64,000 nt of DNA from Bacteroidales bacterium Phil12 (GTDB lineage: Bacteria; Bacteroidota; Bacteroidia; Bacteroidales; P3), in assembly GCA_002633275.1 (NCBI GenBank), contig NWBO01000165.1, forward strand, positions 11,015-75,014, read 5' to 3'. Shown here one piece after another: positions 55,507 to 64,000 of this stretch. How positions within the stretch are numbered: position 1 is the first letter of the stretch; every line of letters begins with the position of its first letter. The notes under the pieces were generated by a model. It saw only the letters and a program-made list of their open reading frames with translations, searched no databases and had not been told where the DNA came from. The position numbers and the translations under genes are program-made.

Positions 55507-57459
55507 ATGACGTATTTCGCAGAAAAAAATATCAATCAAAGTAATCAAAACAACGAAAACTTCAAATTTATTATCGATGAGTTTGCCGATTGCAAAGTTA
55601 TGAGGTATCAAGTTCCTAATTGGGATACTTTGTCTTTGAATCAAAAGAAATATATTTATTGTTTATCGCAAGCCGCTCTTTGGGGCAGAGATATTTATTT
55701 CAGTCAAAATTATAAAAATAATATCATCATTCGCAAAGCCCTTGAAAACATATTACGTTCTTTCGACGGGGATAAAGACAATGACGAATGGATAGAATTT
55801 GAGATTTATGCCAAACGCTTCTTTTTCTCCAACGGCATACATCATCATTATGGCGAAAAGAAATTTTTTCCTAAGTGCAGCAGAGAATATTTTGCTTCTT
55901 TATTGAAAGGCGAAAACACAGAATTTATTCTTGACGAGATTTACAATCCAAACATCGCCCCTATTCGTAGAGACACCAGCACACAAAACGATATTGTTAA
56001 AAGCAGTGCCGTCAATTTCTACCAAGATGTTTCTCGCAAAGAAGTTGAAGAATACTACAATAATATCGATAACGATTTGCTTCACCCTGTTTCTTTGGGC
56101 TTAAACTCTAAACTTGTAAAAGAAAACGGAGAAATAAAAGAGTATGTTGCCAAAATAAATGGTATGTACTCGAAATACATAGAAAAAATAGTCTATTGGT
56201 TAAAAGAATCTCTCAATTTCGCAGAAAACGAAAAGCAAAAAGCATATACGAATAAACTTATTGAGTTTTACATTACGGGAGATTTGAAAATTTGGGACGA
56301 ATATAATATCCTTTGGTCGCAAGACAGCGAATCGGTTTGTGATTACATCAACGGATTTATTGAAACCTACAACGACCCGTTAGGAATGAAAGGCACATGG
56401 GAGGCTGTTGTTGATTTCAAAGATATTGAAGCAACCAAGCGAACCCAAATACTTTGTTCCAATGCTCAATGGTTTGAAGACCATTCGCCAATAAACCCGC
56501 AGTATCGTAAAAAGCAAGTTACGGGTGTCAGTGCAAAGGTTATCAATGTCGCAATGCTTTCGGGCGATTGCTATCCGACCTCTCCCATCGGCATCAATCT
56601 GCCGAACGCCGATTGGATTCGCAAGGATTATGGAAGTAAGTCCGTAACTCTTGCCAATATATCCGATGCTTACTTCCAAGCGTCATTGGAAAATCCTAAG
56701 AGTGCGTTAAACGAGTTCTCGTTTTCCGAGCATGAAATAGAGCGAGCAATGAAATACGGACAGTTGTCGGATAATCTTCATACGGATATGCACGAATGTT
56801 TGGGACACGGCTCGGGACAGTTATTGGAATCCACTCCCGCAAATGCCTTAAAAGAATATTCATCTACATTGGAAGAAGCACGTGCAGACCTGTTCGCTTT
56901 ATACTATTTAATGGACGAAAAAATGATTGAACTAAATCTTATCGATTCATTAGAAGTTGGCAAAGCACAATATGATGCTTATGTTCGCAACGGTCTTTTG
57001 GTTCAATTGGCACGTATTCCTCTTGGAGAGAATATAACAGAAGCTCATATGCAGAACCGCAAACTGATTTGCGAATATGCTCTTCAAAACTCCGATTGCA
57101 TTGAAAAAATCATCAAAGACAATAAAACCTATTTCGTTATCAAAGACTACGACAAACTAAGGAGTGTTTTCGGCGAGTTGTTGTATCAAATACAAGAGAT
57201 TAAATCGACAGGCGATTACGAAAAGGGTAAATATTTGGTTGAGACCTATGGCGTGAAAATCGATTCCGAAATACACAAGGAAGTTATATCAAGATACGCC
57301 GAACTTAATATCAAACCTTACGGAGGATTTATCAATCCCGATTTGCAAGAGGTTAAAAATGCCGACGGCGAGGTTATAGATATAAACATTTCTTATCCGC
57401 AATCTTTTATAGCCCAACAATTGAAATACGGCACCGAATATTCTTTCGATAATGAATAA
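55507..57459 (+). CDS. Peptidase family M49 (dipeptidyl-peptidase III-like) zinc metallopeptidase
   Basis: Contains HECLGHGSG (HExxGH) and LEEARADLF (EExRAD), the two DPP III zinc-binding signatures. Confidence 0.8.
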   Translation: MTYFAEKNINQSNQNNENFKFIIDEFADCKVMRYQVPNWDTLSLNQKKYIYCLSQAALWGRDIYFSQNYKNNIIIRKALENILRSFDGDKDNDEWIEFEIYAKRFFFSNGIHHHYGEKKFFPKCSREYFASLLKGENTEFILDEIYNPNIAPIRRDTSTQNDIVKSSAVNFYQDVSRKEVEEYYNNIDNDLLHPVSLGLNSKLVKENGEIKEYVAKINGMYSKYIEKIVYWLKESLNFAENEKQKAYTNKLIEFYITGDLKIWDEYNILWSQDSESVCDYINGFIETYNDPLGMKGTWEAVVDFKDIEATKRTQILCSNAQWFEDHSPINPQYRKKQVTGVSAKVINVAMLSGDCYPTSPIGINLPNADWIRKDYGSKSVTLANISDAYFQASLENPKSALNEFSFSEHEIERAMKYGQLSDNLHTDMHECLGHGSGQLLESTPANALKEYSSTLEEARADLFALYYLMDEKMIELNLIDSLEVGKAQYDAYVRNGLLVQLARIPLGENITEAHMQNRKLICEYALQNSDCIEKIIKDNKTYFVIKDYDKLRSVFGELLYQIQEIKSTGDYEKGKYLVETYGVKIDSEIHKEVISRYAELNIKPYGGFINPDLQEVKNADGEVIDINISYPQSFIAQQLKYGTEYSFDNE

Positions 57460-57826
57460 CACCTCAACATACAATATCGGTAAGCAGGGCGAAGACCTTG
57501 CTACCGAGTTTTTAGAAAGACAAGGATATAGGATATTGGAGCGTAATTTTGTCCATAATAAAAAAGAAATAGACATCATTGCACAAGACAAAAACACTAT
57601 TGTATTTGTCGAAGTCAAGGAACGCTCCACCGATGTTTTCGGAGAACCCTTTGAGGCTGTCAATCTACAAAAACAAAAACGCATCATTAATGTTGCCGAT
57701 AGTTATATAAGAAAGCACAATATAGATTTGGAATCCCGTTTTGATATTATATCTATCGTTAAATCACCGAATGAAGAAACGAAAATTCTTCATATCAAGG
57801 ACGCTTTTACTCCTATAATGTTTTAA
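57452..57826 (+). CDS. yraN: YraN-family (UPF0102) endonuclease-like protein
   Basis: GKQGEDLATEFLERQGYRILERNF..KEIDIIAQDKNTIVFVEVKERS. It overlaps the upstream gene by 8 nt. Confidence 0.85.
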   Translation: MNNTSTYNIGKQGEDLATEFLERQGYRILERNFVHNKKEIDIIAQDKNTIVFVEVKERSTDVFGEPFEAVNLQKQKRIINVADSYIRKHNIDLESRFDIISIVKSPNEETKILHIKDAFTPIMF

Positions 57827-57939
57827 TTAATCCTACTAATCGTTTTTTCAAGAGAAGAAAACAATTTTCTTTTTTCTGTTAGGAAAAAAGCCATTTTGCG
57901 TTTTGAGTAAATACTTGCTGAAAACAAACAACTTTCCTT

Positions 57940-57959
57940 AGAAGACTGTGTCTTCTTTT
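57940..57959 (+). terminator. Small intrinsic terminator AGAAGAC-TGT-GTCTTCT-TTT
   Basis: 7-bp stem, 3-nt loop and a T tract, downstream of yraN. Confidence 0.45.
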
Positions 57960-58006
57960 CGAAAGTCAAAAGAAATATTATGATTAAATAGTGCTTTTCT
58001 AAGGAG

Positions 58007-58080
58007 TAGCGAGGACGAGAATTGAACTCGTGACCTCCGGGTTATGAATCCGACGCTCTAACCAACTGAGCTACCTCGCC
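58007..58080 (-). tRNA. tRNA with anticodon CAT (Met; could be Ile2 if lysidinylated)
   Basis: Hand-folded cloverleaf: GGCGAGG-TA-GCTC-AGTTGGTTA-GAGC-G-TCGGA-TTCATAA-CCCGG-AGGTC-ACGAG-TTCAATT-CTCGT-CCTCGCT-A. 74 nt, with no encoded CCA. It has a G1-U72 pair and an A31-C39 mismatch. Confidence 0.85.
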
Positions 58081-58184
58081 GTTTTGAGTTTGCAAAATTA
58101 CAAATTTATATATTACCACCAAATTTTTACTCAATATTTTTTCAAACTAAGATATTAATCAACTAATAATCAATGAAATATTTT

Positions 58185-58331
58185 TACGACTAATAATCAC
58201 TCTTTTCTATCATAATATAGTTTTTTCAGTGTTTAACACTAAAAAAATAATCACTCACACTAATTTATTAATCACTCACATCAGTAAAATAATATGAGTG
58301 ATTATTTTTTTAATCGGTAAAACTATTTTTT
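58185..58331. repeat. 21-bp-period repeat array G (7 units)
   Basis: ..CAGTGTTTAACACTAAAAAAA / TAATCACTCACACTAATTTAT / TAATCACTCACATCAGTAAAA / TAATATGAGTGATTATTTTTT / TAATCGGTAAAACTATTTTTT. It lies between the tRNA and the stop of the SLT gene. Confidence 0.8.
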
Positions 58332-58400
58332 TGGTTACTTATATCAAAAAATCATCTTCAATAAAACGCCTTTTTATATGTAAAAATGCTGTTTTCTTTC

Positions 58401-59399
58401 CTACATCGATTTCACGAAATCGTAAGGTTCATCTATTTTATCCACAAGATAGTTCCAGTCGTACGAATTTTTCTTAAATATTTTCAATGTATATTTTTTT
58501 CTTTCCTTATTGGTAAGTTTTTTTGCCTGCAATTCAGGATTTGCCATCTTGAAATATTTATATTCCGTGCCTATCTGCTTTGCAAAAGCATAGAAATCGT
58601 TTATCGTTGTATCTATCACAATAGAATCATACTCCAATGGCTGGTGGCAATCTATATTACGGATATAAAAACCGTAGTCTTGCGGATTTTGCATTATGAT
58701 TTTATAGGCTATGATACGATAAACATAACGTGCGGTCTCGTTATTCAAAGCAAGATTCCAATAATTATTTACTTGTTGTTCCTTGATACGAGCCTTAATT
58801 CCGCCCTCGCCACAATTGTATGCCGCACAAGCCAACGGCCAATTACCGAGACGTGCATAACTACCTTTCAAATATTTGCAAGCAGCAATGGCGGATTTCT
58901 CCACATTATATCTCTCATCGTATTCACTATTGACTACCAGTCCGTATTCCCTTGCAGTTGCAGGCATAAACTGCCAAAAACCCTCAGCCTTAGCCGGAGA
59001 AACAGCATTATTCAAAGCACTCTCGGCAACAGCCAAATATTTCAAATCTTCGGGGACTTTTTGGGATTTTAATACTTTTTCTATTTGCGGAAAATAACGA
59101 TAAGCACGTTTTAGAATGATAAACGTCGATGCGTGTTGGTATGTAATATACGATAATTCCCTATCCAAAGCCTCACGAACGAAAGTATTGTTCAAAGGAA
59201 CCTTTTCGCCACAAAAACTAACTTCCTTAGGCATCGGAGCAGCAAAATTATGAAAATGTTCTTTTAATATTTCTCTGTATTGTTCGTCATCGCTTTTCTT
59301 GGTTGTGGCAAACATAAATATTTGTGAGATAACAGCCACACTGCTTAACACTATCGCAATGATAGATATGGTAATGGTGGAATTTTTCTTTTTATTCAT
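58401..59399 (-). CDS. Lytic transglycosylase (SLT domain, MltD-like)
   Basis: ..YLAVAESALNNAVSPAKAEGFWQFMPATAREYGL..AAYNCGEGG.. The start was moved to MNKKKNSTITISIIAIVL (N-terminal anchor); the track start is 59468. Confidence 0.8.
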   Translation of the reverse strand: MNKKKNSTITISIIAIVLSSVAVISQIFMFATTKKSDDEQYREILKEHFHNFAAPMPKEVSFCGEKVPLNNTFVREALDRELSYITYQHASTFIILKRAYRYFPQIEKVLKSQKVPEDLKYLAVAESALNNAVSPAKAEGFWQFMPATAREYGLVVNSEYDERYNVEKSAIAACKYLKGSYARLGNWPLACAAYNCGEGGIKARIKEQQVNNYWNLALNNETARYVYRIIAYKIIMQNPQDYGFYIRNIDCHQPLEYDSIVIDTTINDFYAFAKQIGTEYKYFKMANPELQAKKLTNKERKKYTLKIFKKNSYDWNYLVDKIDEPYDFVKSM

Positions 59400-59526
59400 C
59401 AGATTTTTTGTTTTTTTGAGTTTGCAAAGGTAAATAAAAACATCGGATATTCGCCCTCTAAAAGACAAATATCCGATACCAATAAAGGTTTTTCAATAAT
59501 CAAAGCATTCTTTTCAAAAGAAAAAA

Positions 59527-60003
59527 TTATCGTTTAATGGTTTTGACTGCTGTCGGCGTCCAAATCTCCAAAAATTCTTTGGCAAGTTTTTCACTATAAC
59601 CCTTACCCTCTTCCAAATATACAGAATTTTGGGTGTGAATTCTCTTACCATTTTCGTCAAGAATGACAAAAACCGGAAAACCAAAGCGTGTAGGATTGTC
59701 TAACATCGCCATAGCCTTTTCGTTCTTGTTTTTCTTGGAATAATTAACGTGGATATAAACGTAATTACTATCGATAACGTTTTTTATAGCCTCATTGGTT
59801 TGTGCCAATTCGGCAAAACGCAAACACCACGGGCACCAATTTCCTCCGACTTGCACAAGAACATATTTTTGGTCGGCTTTGGCTTGTTTTACAGCAGAAT
59901 TGATTTGCTCCACTGCGTCAATATCTTCGTTATACGGCTTATTTTGAGAAAAACAACACAAAGCAACAAACACAAAAGTAGAAAATAAAATCAGTTTTTT
60001 CAT
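59527..60003 (-). CDS. Thioredoxin-fold protein (secreted, CxxC)
   Basis: Signal peptide MKKLILFSTFVFVALCCFSQ and ..VQVGGNWCPWCLRF.. Confidence 0.75.
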   Translation of the reverse strand: MKKLILFSTFVFVALCCFSQNKPYNEDIDAVEQINSAVKQAKADQKYVLVQVGGNWCPWCLRFAELAQTNEAIKNVIDSNYVYIHVNYSKKNKNEKAMAMLDNPTRFGFPVFVILDENGKRIHTQNSVYLEEGKGYSEKLAKEFLEIWTPTAVKTIKR

Positions 60004-60078
60004 ATCATTATTTTGTTTTAATTATTCGTAGTAACGCAAAAAACAATAAAAATATTTCCTTGTGGTATTAATTTTGTA

Positions 60079-60086
60079 TAACTTTG
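60079..60086 (+). promoter_or_regulatory. -7 box TAACTTTG
   Basis: TAnnTTTG followed by C, 28 nt upstream of the ATG at 60115. Confidence 0.45.
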
Positions 60087-60114
60087 CAACATTAATCAAA
60101 AACACGTAACAAAA

Positions 60115-60828
60115 ATGAAAAACATTAATTTGAAACTTGATTTGGGTGTAATCGCTTTGGCGTTAATAATTATGGGATTTTTTATCTATAAAGGTTTGAA
60201 ATCTTTTTCCGACAACACAAGAACTGTTAGCGTAAGAGGTCTGTCCGAGAGAATTGTCGATGTGGATTATGCCAATTTGACGATAAACTATGCTGTCGGA
60301 GGAAACGATATGCAACAAATCCTTAAAGAGATTGAACAGAAAAACGCAAAAGTGAAACAATTCGCAATCTCAAAAGGTTTGAAAGAAAACGAAATAACAA
60401 TAAACGTTCCGAGTATCACCGACAAACAAAATCAACAATATGGCGGCTACGATGCCAATCTACTTTACAGATACTATGCGACAGTTGCCATTACATTTAT
60501 CAGTAACAATGTAAAAAGCGTAAGAGATTTGGAAGAAAACCAATTTGATTTGTTCAAAGAGGGTATTAATCTTATAACGCAATATTCATACAACCGCGAA
60601 AACGAATACACTTACAGTTTTACCAAACTCAACGATATAAAACCCGATATGATTAAAGAAAGTATCGAAAACGCAAAGAAAGCCGCTAACGAATTTGCCC
60701 AAAGCAGTAAATCCAAAATCAAAGATATTAAATCCGCTTCACAAGGTCAGTTTTCCATTACTCCGACCGACAATCCTTTGAAAATGAAAGTCCGTGTAGT
60801 TTCTACTATCGAGTATTTCATTAAATAA
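60115..60828 (+). CDS. SIMPL (DUF541)-like periplasmic protein
   Basis: N-terminal anchor, ..RTVSVRGLSERIVDVDYANLTINY.., and C-terminal ..ASQGQFSITP.. This recalls SIMPL-domain proteins. The assignment is from memory only. Confidence 0.55.
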   Translation: MKNINLKLDLGVIALALIIMGFFIYKGLKSFSDNTRTVSVRGLSERIVDVDYANLTINYAVGGNDMQQILKEIEQKNAKVKQFAISKGLKENEITINVPSITDKQNQQYGGYDANLLYRYYATVAITFISNNVKSVRDLEENQFDLFKEGINLITQYSYNRENEYTYSFTKLNDIKPDMIKESIENAKKAANEFAQSSKSKIKDIKSASQGQFSITPTDNPLKMKVRVVSTIEYFIK

Positions 60829-60854
60829 ATCCGCAATTTAATTATTCGCAAAAG

Positions 60855-60938
60855 CGATATGTAACACTGAAAAATTAGTGTTAAACACTAAAAAAATAAT
60901 ATTAAACATTAGTAAATTAGTGTTAAACATCAAAAAAA
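60855..60938. repeat. 21-bp-period repeat array H (4 units)
   Basis: CGATATGTAACACTGAAAAAT / TAGTGTTAAACACTAAAAAAA / TAATATTAAACATTAGTAAAT / TAGTGTTAAACATCAAAAAAA. Confidence 0.85.
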
Positions 60939-61061
60939 TAAATACGCCTGTCAATTGATTTTTGGCAGGCTTTTTAATTTTCTTTTGCATCATTATCATA
61001 ATGCAATTATATCTCTTTTGAGTTTAAGGTGTTTATACTTTTGTCAAAAGAAATATTTTTG

Positions 61062-61069
61062 TAACTTTG
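61062..61069 (+). promoter_or_regulatory. -7 box TAACTTTG
   Basis: TAnnTTTG followed by C, 20 nt upstream of the ATG at 61090. Confidence 0.45.
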
Positions 61070-61089
61070 CAACACAAAAACAAAAGGAT

Positions 61090-61761
61090 ATGGAAGATAT
61101 ACTTAATTTTCTTAGGAGTGTTCAACGCAATAACAACAGAGAATGGTTCAACGCAAACAAAGATTTATACCTTAACGCCAAACAAAAATTCGACAACATC
61201 GCCCAAGAAATTATTTACGGTGTCGGAGAATTTGATGCCTCTTGCCGCAACCTTACTCTTAAAGACTGCACTTATCGTTTTTATCGCGACACTCGTTTTT
61301 CCAAAGACAAAACCCCTTACAAGACACATTTCGGCGTTTATGTCTGTCCGAAAGGAAAGAAATCCATGTGGGCAGGTTATTATTTCCATATCGAACCGCA
61401 GGGTGCTAACTATCTCGGCACTCATATGCTTGGCTGCGGTTCTTATATGCCCGATAACTCTATGCTTAGATGTATTCGTGAAGAGATTTTCTCCAATGGA
61501 GAAAATTATTTGAGTTGCATAAAAAAGGCTAAGGACTTTTATTTGTGCAAAGAGCCTGCGCTGAAAAAACTTCCCAAAGAAATTCCAACCAGTAAGTATG
61601 ACGAATACATAAAATTGAAGACTCAGTTGTTGGAAATGGATATTGACGAAAATTTTCTTATGGATAAAAACCTTGTTAAGAATGTTGTCAAAGAGTTTAA
61701 GTCTTGTTATGATTTCGTTTCCTTTATAAACAACGCCATTTCCTTTGTAGGCAATTATTAA
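61090..61761 (+). CDS. DUF2461 (TIGR02453) family protein
   Basis: MEDILNFLRSVQRNNNREWFNANKDLY..CTYRFYRDTRFSKDKTPYKTHFG.. The start was moved from the track's 60955. Confidence 0.75.
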   Translation: MEDILNFLRSVQRNNNREWFNANKDLYLNAKQKFDNIAQEIIYGVGEFDASCRNLTLKDCTYRFYRDTRFSKDKTPYKTHFGVYVCPKGKKSMWAGYYFHIEPQGANYLGTHMLGCGSYMPDNSMLRCIREEIFSNGENYLSCIKKAKDFYLCKEPALKKLPKEIPTSKYDEYIKLKTQLLEMDIDENFLMDKNLVKNVVKEFKSCYDFVSFINNAISFVGNY

Positions 61762-61771
61762 TACCAACACT

Positions 61772-62776
61772 ATGGGCATACAGGCAATAATCCCGAAACT
61801 GAAAACACAAGAAACAATAGTGTTTCATACTTCTTTGTTTTCCTCAGAAGACAAACTGATTTTAGCACCTATGCAAAATCTGACAAGTCTGTTTTTCAGA
61901 AAAACATTTTCATACCTGTTCCCTCAGAATTTTGATTACGCCGTTTCGCCATTTATTTCCGTTTCGTCCAATGCTCAAAATCCAAATTCAATACAATACA
62001 AAGATATTTCCCCTACCCAAAACCGTAATCTTATGCCACTTGTTCCGCAAATCTTAGGTAATAAGGCGGAGGAGATTGTGGAATGTGCTAAAATATTGGA
62101 GCGTTTTGGTTACAGGGAAGTTAATCTAAATATGGGCTGCCCTAAAAAAGATATTGTATCTCGCGGAAGGGGTTCGGGATTGTTAAAAGACAAAGATGCA
62201 GTTAAACGTATTTTTGATGCGGTGTTATCAAACACGACATTGCAACTAAGTATAAAGGTGCGTTTGGGTATAAAGGATGGTTCGGAATTGGAAACATTGC
62301 TTCCGATATTAAATGATTATCCGCTCAAATCCGTTACCATTCACCCACGAACACAACAACAGCAATATTTGGGAGAAGTGAATTTGTCGGACTTCGCTTT
62401 CTTTGCAACCAAACTAAAACATACAATAATATATAACGGAGATATTTTTTCGACCAATGATTTCAAAAGATTGAAAACTCAATTCCCGTTTATAAAACAT
62501 TGGATGATTGGACGAGGAGTACTGCAAAACCCTTTTCTTGCAGCCGAAATTCGCGGCATATCTTACGACAAAAAACAGTTGCTTCCGGTTTATATTGACT
62601 TATTGCAAGAGAATTTCATCGCATCACTATATCGCTACAACGAAACAACAATCCTTAATAAGATGAAAGAATTTACCAAGTACTTATCAATCGGTTTTTC
62701 TTTCGATGCCACCGAACTTTTGCGTATGGACAGTCTTGACGAATTTAATAAGGCTTTACACAAAATTAGTGTTTAA
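61772..62776 (+). CDS. tRNA-dihydrouridine synthase family protein
   Basis: ..LAPMQNLTS..VNLNMGCPKKDIVSRGRGSGLLKD..SIKVRLG..TIHPRT.. are Dus-like TIM-barrel motifs. Confidence 0.75.
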   Translation: MGIQAIIPKLKTQETIVFHTSLFSSEDKLILAPMQNLTSLFFRKTFSYLFPQNFDYAVSPFISVSSNAQNPNSIQYKDISPTQNRNLMPLVPQILGNKAEEIVECAKILERFGYREVNLNMGCPKKDIVSRGRGSGLLKDKDAVKRIFDAVLSNTTLQLSIKVRLGIKDGSELETLLPILNDYPLKSVTIHPRTQQQQYLGEVNLSDFAFFATKLKHTIIYNGDIFSTNDFKRLKTQFPFIKHWMIGRGVLQNPFLAAEIRGISYDKKQLLPVYIDLLQENFIASLYRYNETTILNKMKEFTKYLSIGFSFDATELLRMDSLDEFNKALHKISV

Positions 62777-62829
62777 CACTGTTTCGCTAATGTTTAACAT
62801 TATTTTTTCAGTGTTAAACATTATTTTTA
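62766..62829. repeat. 21-bp-period repeat array I (3 units); the first unit contains the dus-like stop codon
   Basis: TTAGTGTTTAACACTGTTTCGC / TAATGTTTAACATTATTTTTT / CAGTGTTAAACATTATTTTTA. The stop TAA lies at 62774-62776. Confidence 0.8.
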
Positions 62830-62848
62830 GGATTTCAGCATTCGATTT

Positions 62849-64000
62849 TTATATATGATAATTCAGTCCGATACGAGCCTCAAAAGTGCTGCTATTAACA
62901 TCATTGTAATACCTGTAATATGTATCACGCAAAAAATAATATACACTCAATTCCAAATCCAATGACTTGGAAAGAAACAATTCAATCTTTGGATTGACAA
63001 CAAACAAAAACGCCGTTGATTTATCGCCTTGTGCATTCAAATATAATGGATTTACTTCCTCGAAATTGGACTGCTCATAACCTTTCCACGTGTATATTCT
63101 GTAATATTCCGCATTAAGAGTAAAAGCTCCATATCTCTCAAATTCAATATAAGTATTCAGCCTTGCCGAAAAGCCACTGCCCATATTGTAGTCTCTATCT
63201 ATGTAACGATAGTAATCACTCATACTCCCGCCAAGTAATATTGTGTTGAAAAATATTCTTTGTTGCAAACAATTTATATTACCTATCTTTGGAAATTCAT
63301 ATATAAGTCCGGTACCTATGGATGCCGCTTCGCTTATACGATACGGTACTTCCGTCGAACCGTTTATTACAGGACTTGAATCGTAGTAATTGAAGTTTTG
63401 ATACAATCCGAATTGCATTTTCATATCTGTTCCCGTTTGCAAATTCACACCCCACAATCGTCCCAACATTCTTACATGCGATATTGTAGGCTGATTTTTT
63501 GATAAGCCCGCAGTTACCTCTGCTGCAAAATAATTATAAGGTTTGTTTTCCTCCAATTCAAAAACGCTTCCGTAATTTACACCAATGGAAAAAAAGGGAT
63601 TTTGTTCTCCTTTCGTGAAATTGGAATGGTCGCATAAGTATCTACTGCCTGCGGTTAAGGACAGTATGACAGGAATAGAGTCAAAATCGTGGTATTTGTA
63701 GTATTTGTTTCTTACTTTCCACGCATCGCCATTAAGCAATCTGTTAAGACCTTTCATCGGAGAGATTGCCGTTGCGAGAAATTCCCTGAAAAAACGCTCC
63801 CAGCCAACTGTACGGTCGTCAAGGATAAGGTCGCTTAATCTGAAAGTGATTTCTCCCAAACAAATTCCGCCGATAGTTGTCGCAAACAAGTCATTGATGG
63901 CAGGTGGTTCTATCTCGCCGCAAGTTTCCCACATCAAAGAACCGAAAAACGCATAAGGAGCGGATTGAAGAAAGGAAAGACCATTGCTTCGTGCCGCATT
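62849..64000 (-). CDS. Hypothetical, probably outer-membrane-associated protein (possibly DUF3943-like); the 5' end lies beyond the window
   Basis: The frame stays open upstream of the track start (..NAARSNGLSFLQSAPYAFFGSLMWETCGEIEPPAINDL..) to position 64000. The C-terminal half is beta-rich and ends ..RIGLNYHI. Confidence 0.55.
   Translation of the reverse strand, partial: NAARSNGLSFLQSAPYAFFGSLMWETCGEIEPPAINDLFATTIGGICLGEITFRLSDLILDDRTVGWERFFREFLATAISPMKGLNRLLNGDAWKVRNKYYKYHDFDSIPVILSLTAGSRYLCDHSNFTKGEQNPFFSIGVNYGSVFELEENKPYNYFAAEVTAGLSKNQPTISHVRMLGRLWGVNLQTGTDMKMQFGLYQNFNYYDSSPVINGSTEVPYRISEAASIGTGLIYEFPKIGNINCLQQRIFFNTILLGGSMSDYYRYIDRDYNMGSGFSARLNTYIEFERYGAFTLNAEYYRIYTWKGYEQSNFEEVNPLYLNAQGDKSTAFLFVVNPKIELFLSKSLDLELSVYYFLRDTYYRYYNDVNSSTFEARIGLNYHI

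Noticed and set aside
58386-59072. 228-aa plus-strand ORF
   Set aside because: It is antisense to the SLT-domain gene, which has clear catalytic motifs.
61165-61779. 204-aa minus-strand ORF
   Set aside because: It is antisense to the DUF2461 gene (clear YRFYRDTRFSKDKTPYK motif), and there is no motif of its own.
29062-62829. Possibility that the short tandem repeats are CRISPR arrays
   Set aside because: Units are contiguous at a 21-bp period with no unique spacers. Arrays have only 2-7 units, units are degenerate, and no cas genes are present.

Overview
The host is a low-G+C Bacteroidota (Bacteroidales-like) chromosome. Evidence is sprA/T9SS genes, TAnnTTTG -7 promoter boxes upstream of many genes, and Bacteroides-type conjugation genes. 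All family assignments below come from reading the translations and recalling motifs; no database search was run.

(1) Positions 1 to ~22.8 kb are the right-hand part of a visibly more G+C-rich conjugative transposon (CTn). It carries traG-traF-traE, a DUF4134 paralog, a toprim primase, an AAA ATPase, two Xis-like HTH genes and an IntDOT-like integrase. It ends just downstream of the 3' end of mnmE. The CTn looks crippled: the integrase has an in-frame TAG, two genes have homopolymer frameshifts, and traE is split.

(2) traE is split by a nested 13.2-kb integrative mobilizable element (1841-15040). This element has perfect 10-bp terminal inverted repeats and a 6/7-bp target duplication. It carries one intact and one frameshifted tyrosine integrase, an Xis-like HTH, a MobC-family protein plus relaxase module, and an AT-rich six-gene plus-strand cargo operon (2874-7413).

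(3) The cargo operon is the main candidate for a new system. It encodes, in order:
- an XRE repressor
- an HsdR_N/type-IIG-N-terminal-like nuclease-domain protein with no methylase
- a TIGR02391-type protein
- a tightly coupled three-gene module built around a DarT-like (DUF4433) ADP-ribosyltransferase with an extra C-terminal domain. No macrodomain (DarG) partner is visible. The module is flanked by a weakly NADAR-like 197-aa protein and an unknown 327-aa protein.

(4) Positions 22.9-64 kb are AT-rich housekeeping chromosome. Genes called are mnmE, an HMA-fused permease, smr, mpl, sprA, ruvA, an OMP/lipoprotein pair, an AraC-TolC-HlyD-ABC-ABC2 efflux operon, a T9SS cargo protein, two glycosyltransferases, lptF/G, DPP III, yraN, tRNA-CAT, an SLT transglycosylase, a thioredoxin-like protein, a SIMPL protein, a DUF2461 protein and dus.

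(5) This chromosomal part is peppered with a dispersed family of strictly 21-bp-periodic tandem intergenic repeats (nine arrays, about 35 units). Almost all sit just downstream of stop codons, and none occur in the CTn. A separate structured element of 3 x 22-bp hairpin repeats lies at about 26.1 kb.

No rRNA genes or CRISPR arrays are present.
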